64,000 bases of DNA, from NCBI RefSeq assembly GCF_009914755.1, contig NC_060934.1, one strand, 5' to 3'. Source of the stretch: the human T2T-CHM13v2.0 reference genome, Homo sapiens. Made by a program: the position numbers and the translations under genes. Below are positions 57,814 through 64,000 of this stretch, one piece after another. The notes beneath the pieces were generated by a model. The model was not told where the DNA came from and made no database searches. It saw only the letters and a program-made list of their open reading frames with translations. Position 1 is the first letter of the stretch; each line of letters opens with the position of its first letter.

Positions 57814-59904
57814 ACCTAACTTTGTCAAAGTCTGTTCCTAAAACAGTTCATTCTTAGGATTAGAATATGGGCTGCACAGAAGTTCAAAAACATTTCTTCT
57901 TCTTCATTCCCCCATCTTCAACAGCAGACTGGGAGTGATCAGAAGTTTGAAAAGTTCACTCTTATCAAAGAACACTAGTTACAATTACTAAAAAATCATT
58001 TTTTCCCTCAGAAATTAAAACAAGATGTTTTTTCTTCCCCCACTTTCTCCAAACTGACAGTCATGGGTGACAGTATCCCATGTCAAAAAACCTTTTATCA
58101 CCAGAACGAAAACTGATAAAGAGAGTCTGTCGGTTTCCCTTTGTTCTCTATTTACACTTATGAGGGAAAAATGATTTATGATTATTATAATTATATCTCT
58201 CCTTAGGAGAGCTGCACTAATTACATAATTTTTAAGCCATTATTTTTCTTTTTACAAGCTCTTAACTTAGTCTAAATTGAAATGTATTTAGCAATTTTGT
58301 ACTCTGTTACTTTTCAAACCTCTGTGTGGATCACAAATTGAATGATCTGAGATTACTTAATACATCAAATTTGTTCATGATAAGCATAAATCTTCTGGGC
58401 TTATATATTCACAACTGTGATAGAAAGAGTTTCGCTCAATAGATAGGATCTTCATAGATGTTTTGAGGGAGTCTGCAGGAAATGAGTTTTGGGTAAAATG
58501 TGTTTTAATCTGTAGTTACACGGTAATAGCCACGAACCTTAGGAGTCAGCCTGGTATGTATTAGCTGAGTTAATACTACCAGCAACTTATTCCTTTCATT
58601 TTATGACTTTATATCAAATTATAACTCTGGCTTTCTCTACTGTCTTTTGTGTATTCATCTTTTTTGTTTTTTATGGTTCTACTCTTCTGTTGCCTCCCCC
58701 TGCTACAGAAACTAACAGGGGCCATAGAGATAATAGAATATTGTTTCAAATTTAACATTTCCTTGAGATAAAATTTCTGTGTTCCTTGCTTTAACGAATG
58801 TATTTTAAAAGTACTATTCTTTCTAAAGATAGTTTTATTTAGACAGCATCATAGCAGTTGCATCAAGAAATTTAAAATGTTCATTGTAGTAGAAATTGTT
58901 GAGAGAGGAAACACAATTCCACACCCACCAACAGACACCTCCAAAGATAAGTATACCTTATTGAAGAAATTGAATTTATGTTTTTAAACACTGTTCTTTA
59001 CCTAGTATCTAAATAATTCTTCATTCTCAGAAAACATTTAAGTGTATTATTTGTCATCCTATTGAATCTTCTCATCTATAAAGTGTGTGTTGTTATTTTC
59101 ACTTTATATATAAGGAAACTGAGGCTCAGGAAAGTGAATGAACTTTTCCGGCAGCAAACAACTATTAAGTGAAGAAAGCATTTCAGTGGACATCTTTCTG
59201 TCTCTGCAGTACCCAAGTGCCTCTCTTTAATCCTCCTAAAGTCCATATGAACTCGGTATTAAGCCCCATTTACAGACTGGAAAACTAGTGGTAGAGAGAT
59301 GGAGTTACATGCCAGTAACCCCATGAAGCACCCCCCTACAAATTTTTTTTAAACGATAAGTGTTAGTAACCTTTATTAAAGTATACCTGAAGGAAAATGT
59401 CCATGTGTGTTTCAAATTTAAAAAATAATTCAATGTATATGAAAATATTCAAAGAACTCTATCCCATGCAGGGGCCCAGGATTATATCAAATTTAATGAA
59501 CGGTTGAAAGAACGAACGCAGCAGGGGAGAAAGTTTGGATTATCACAAATAAATGAATTGTTTAGTTTACTCAAAGAAAAAGGAAAAACAAAAGAGGGGA
59601 TAAGTCCAAATGTTGTCAAATCAAACAATGACAAAATGAGGTTGATTCCCCATGTTGTCTAAAGTAAATGACCATATCACCTTGACTACTTATGTGAGAA
59701 TAATAAAATCACATGCTCTTGAATGTATTGATCCATATGAATTATTGAAAATATTAAGCTTATCACAATATTTCATGCTAACAAATAATAAGAAAATCAG
59801 TGTGTTTTTCTTTTTTCTGGTTTTTACATTACCTTTTTGTGTTTTTATTTGCACTGACTTCAGACCTTGTGGATCCCACCAAATGACTGGATTGAAATGC
59901 TAAC

Positions 59905-60177
59905 GGCCGAGCGGGGTAGCTCAAGCCTGTAATCACAGCACTTTAGGAGGCTGAGGCATGTGGATGCCTGAGGTCAGGAGTTCAAGACCAGCCTGGCCAA
60001 CATGGTGAAACCCTGTCGGGTGCCTGTAATCTCAGTTACTTTGGAGGCTGAGGCAGGAGGCTTGCTCCACCTTGGAGGTGGAGGTTGCAGTGAGCTGAGA
60101 TTGCACCATTGCCTTCCAGCCTGGGTCAACAACAGCAAGACTCTGTCTCGAAAAAAAAAGCAAAAAAGAAAAAAGAA
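59905..60177 (+). mobile_element. AluS lacking the central A-rich linker (deletion of about 37 nt)
   Basis: AAACCCTGTC joins directly to GGGTGCCTGTAATC. Probable TSD AAATGC(T)AAC. Confidence 0.93.
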
Positions 60178-61234
60178 AAAATGCAACTTTTCTTTGGGAT
60201 CAGTGGGGTATTTTATATTTATCTATCTTTACAAAACAAGAGCTTTATATACAATAGTTATTTCTCATAGTTGTTTCATAAGAAACTCACAGAAAGCAAT
60301 TTATTTAGGGCAGTTTTCATTGCAAATAAATGATGATTTTGGCTATTCATGTTGAAAAAGGGTAAAAGGACATTTGGCACATAAAAAAAGAATTTTTTAA
60401 AAAAAGAATGAGAACAAATTCTAAAACTTGTAGAAAAATATTTCTATACATATGTATTGACAGAGTTAAAGTACAAAATTTGGGTCAGTAGGAATTTAAT
60501 TTAACTTTACATAAGTCGAATTCCCCAAATAGGTAAACCTTTAATATTGGCATTAATAGGTTGCTCTGGGGAAAGGGAAAAAGGAGTAAAGGAGGAAGAA
60601 CAAGCATGAGAAAGAAAGGATACTAATTCCCAAGTCATTTATAATCTAGCAGGGGAACAATAATACTCTTCTCAATAATTCAAACATATGTATCACTTAA
60701 ACTTTTAAAATTATCTTGCCATGTGATGCTGCCCTATCAAAAACCATGAGTGACAGGCAGGATGCTAGCTATATTTTTCCCCCAGTTTACATATAAGAAA
60801 GGGATGGGAATCTTGAGAGATGTTACATGAGGGGCTTAGGTCACTCAGCAGAACCACAGGACGGAACAGAGACTTTTCCCCTCTTTGCATTCCAAAGGTT
60901 TTAAATGGCATAGAGGAATTTAACATATTTGGAATGTTCACACATTCAGAGCCTTCCCTCTATCTTTGAAATCTCTCGTCTTTCCTTTCTTCTCTCTCCA
61001 AGCGTGCAGGGTCTTCAGAATCTTCAGAGAAACATAAAGACAGCTGGGGCAGAGTGGTAATTTTTTTTTTCACTGATGAAACTAATGCAAAAATATTTGG
61101 GAAAACAATGCAAGTTGAGAAAAAGGAGGAAGTTTGATTATTGATCATATCCGCAGCAGCAGAGGTAGGTCTTTTCAGAGTCTGCTTTACATCTTACAGT
61201 GGACAAGGATATTGGGAGTTCTGCTGAGGATACA

Positions 61235-61423
61235 CAGGATAGATGGTGTTGCTCCCGAAGCTCATGTCCACCCAGAACGTCATAACAGGGCCTTATTTGA
61301 AAATAGGATGTTTGCAGATGTAATTAGGTAAGATGAGGTCATACCGGTTTTGGATGAGGATGAAGTCTATTGACTAGTGTCCTTGTAAGGAGAGGGGAGA
61401 ACACATGGAGACACACACACACA

Positions 61424-61477
<54 letters not shown>

Positions 61478-61728
61478 AAGGCCATGTGAAGATGGAGCTG
61501 GAGATGGGAGGGAACAAGACACAAGACAAGGGATGCAAAAGATTTCTGAGAGCCATCAGAAGCTAGGAAGTGCCAAGGGCAGATTTCCCACTAGAGCCTT
61601 CAGAAGGAGCACTGCCCTACTGAAACCTTAATTTCAGACTTCCAGCCTTCAGAACTGTGATGGATTGAATAGCTCTTGTTTTAAGCCACCCAGTTTGTGG
61701 TACTTTGTTACCGCAGCCCTAGAAAATA
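61235..61728 (+). mobile_element. MLT1C-like MaLR solo LTR containing (CA)n
   Basis: CCTTATTTGAAAATAGGATGTTTGCAGATGTAATTAG...TTTAAGCCACCCAGTTTGTGGTACTTTGTTAC. Confidence 0.85.
61410..61472. repeat. Long (CA)n microsatellite (about 31 units, one interruption)
   Basis: Direct observation. Confidence 0.95.
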
Positions 61729-63514
61729 CGTGGAAACTAGAAAGAAGAAAAGCAACAAGATCCTTCACCAAATTCAGAAAGTATACTTAACTCAGGAAAA
61801 GTGTAGGAGGGAGGAGGGGATATGGGAGGAATAGGTGTGGGAATGGTTAGTAGACGAAATTGCCAAAGGGAGAAATCATATTTATCAGGTGACTCTAACG
61901 TTCCAAGCTCTGTATCTGTCCTTTTACATGTATTTTCTCTCTTGATTTTATCACAACCCTGTGATATAGATTGGAATGTTCACACACTCAGAGCCTTGAC
62001 ACCATTTTGTACATGAAGACTTAGAGAGACAAGTGTCTGGGTAAAAGTCACACACAAATAAACGACAAAATCAAGAATCAAATCCATGTTTCCTGATTCT
62101 TAGACTGGTGTTACTTCCCCCTTAAGCCTATAATTAAATAACCCAAGAATGTAGTAAATATTTCTTCCCTTGAGACTTTTAAAACAAGTCAGAACACAGT
62201 AATAGGGAACTCTCAGGAGGAATAGTTCTCTCTGGGCAGAGATGAAATTGGATATCCTAATAGATCTTTTCCAAATCTAATCATCTCACTCTCTGAAAGG
62301 CTCTGGCTAAATGCATGTTCATTATCGTTTTATTCTAAGTTAACTGGAAAACAAGATTGATTGACATGTTGGAGGTATTCAACATTTATATGCAGGAAAT
62401 TTAGGAGACTTTAAACACATTCAAGAAAGGTTTTCTTAAAATAGCTCATGCTGCTTTTTACAGTGAAATACTCTGCACCAAAACAGATGCTTTCTAAAAT
62501 TTTATACCACTGCTCTTCCCAAGCAGATGACCTTGATGTGCTCAGGACCATGGAGGCAATGGGCAGCCTTCCTAACCTGGAAGAGAAAAGAAATACTGTG
62601 GCTTCTTATCTATTCCTCCGTGTCCACAGATAAATTTTTGCTCATTTTCATTGCTTTTCAAATGTTCCAATTCTGACCTCTATTCACAATGGAAAATAGG
62701 AACACTATACATTTTGATTGTAGTTTAAAGTATCTTCATGTATTTTGTTTTATTCAATGCCCAGTACAATGTGTAATACTCATGTTTCAGAGAAGGAAGA
62801 GCATCCCACAATGAAAGTGACATTGTGCAAAATCACATGTGATAAGAGTCAGGATTGAATTCACAGCGTTGTAAGGCTATTTCAGACCTTAAAAAAAAAA
62901 AAAAACTCCTTGGTTTTAACCAAAATAAGTTTAACATTTACATTGGTTGTTTCTATGCAAAACAAAATAAAACAAAAACTTGGTAAAACTATGGAGTCTG
63001 CAAATTGTGTTTTTTATCCCCCTTTGGTGTTTCTGAGATGTATTCTAGGTATGTAGAGCTCTTTTAAGACAAAACACATCCCAAAAAGAATAGATTCTTA
63101 AAAAGTTTATCTTCTTGAAAGAGTGATAGACTTCTCACCAGTTCATTCAGGATAATGATGTTTGCAAGAATAAGTTTTGTTCCCTTCGTTTAAATAACTC
63201 TCTTTAATATTATTAATTCCTGAATAATACTAGAAGAAATAATTATTTTGGGGGGTAGTTTTTAAAGTCAGTAAAATAATTGTAAAATTGACATCTTTTT
63301 GTACCCCTCATCTTGATATGTAAAACAATTTCAAAAATCAAGATGTAGGTATACTTGAAGTGTGGTTTGGACACTAGCTATTGATCCCTACCCACGGTAC
63401 ATGAAGCCCTTACCTAGAAGTGAATGGGAGACTTTCCGTGCTGATTCAACAAATTTCCTGAGTACAAAAGAAGCTGTTATTCTCAGAAGCATCCTAGATT
63501 TCTTTCATTTGCCT

Positions 63515-63960
63515 TCTAACACCAATCATTCAGTCCTATGGATTCTACTGCCTGAATATAAGTCAAGTGCACCAGTTCTGCCCATCACTCTGAACCAATG
63601 CCATTCAAGCCACTGTTTCTCATTTGGGCCAATGAAACTTATCTCTAGACCTCCTATTTGTCATCCACCCTCCACAGTGCTATCAGAATGCCTATAAAGC
63701 TCAAACATGATCACATCACTCAGTTGACTAAAATCATTCAATAGAGCCCAAGTGCTCTCAAGCTAAAGTCCATACTCCATACTATATGAAGGTCCCTTCG
63801 TGTTCTGGCTCTAGTACTAACTCCCCTTTCTCCATCCTTTCTATCCTATCTTCTTTCCATGCCTCCCTGTCATATACATATTCTACCACTCATTGCGGTA
63901 GCAATACTGAGCTATTTTCAATTCAAGGAAGACTATGGGCTCCCAAATCTCTAGACTTTC
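63515..63960 (+). mobile_element. L2 LINE fragment
   Basis: CCAATCATTCAGTCCTATGGATTCTAC...CCCTCCACAGTGC...CATGATCACATCACTC...AAAGTCCATACTCC. Confidence 0.65.
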
Positions 63961-63988
63961 ATATATAATGATTCATAAAATATTTGTG

Positions 63989-64000
63989 GGCCAGGTGCGG
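63989..64000 (+). mobile_element. Probable start of an Alu at the window edge
   Basis: GGCCAGGTGCGG matches the Alu 5' end; only 12 nt are visible. Confidence 0.5.

Overview
AT-rich, CpG-depleted primate (human-like) intronic or intergenic DNA. I find no intact protein-coding gene, RNA gene or CRISPR array. Most of the window is interspersed repeats: 11 Alus plus one cut off at the window edge, several L1 fragments, MaLR and ERV1 solo LTRs, the DNA transposons MER2, MER20, MER30 and MADE1, and many old MIR/L2 pieces. The only gene-derived feature is a 5'-truncated, intronless, polyadenylated processed pseudogene of the kinase MKNK1 (MNK1a isoform) on the minus strand (about 22738-24816). It carries a 7-bp duplication frameshift, a premature stop and a deletion of the MAPK-docking motif, and an AluY sits in its 3' UTR. 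The more unusual signals concern retrotransposition mechanism. They include a tiny polyadenylated MER41-LTR-like retrocopy that shares a triplicated target site with an adjacent Alu, three L1s with 5' inversions, a closely spaced inverted Alu pair, a solo Hsmar1/MADE1 inverted repeat, several micro-duplications and a few candidate splice elements. I see no supportable evidence for a wholly new biological system. Repeat subfamily names and the MKNK1 comparison come from recalled consensus sequences, not from a search.
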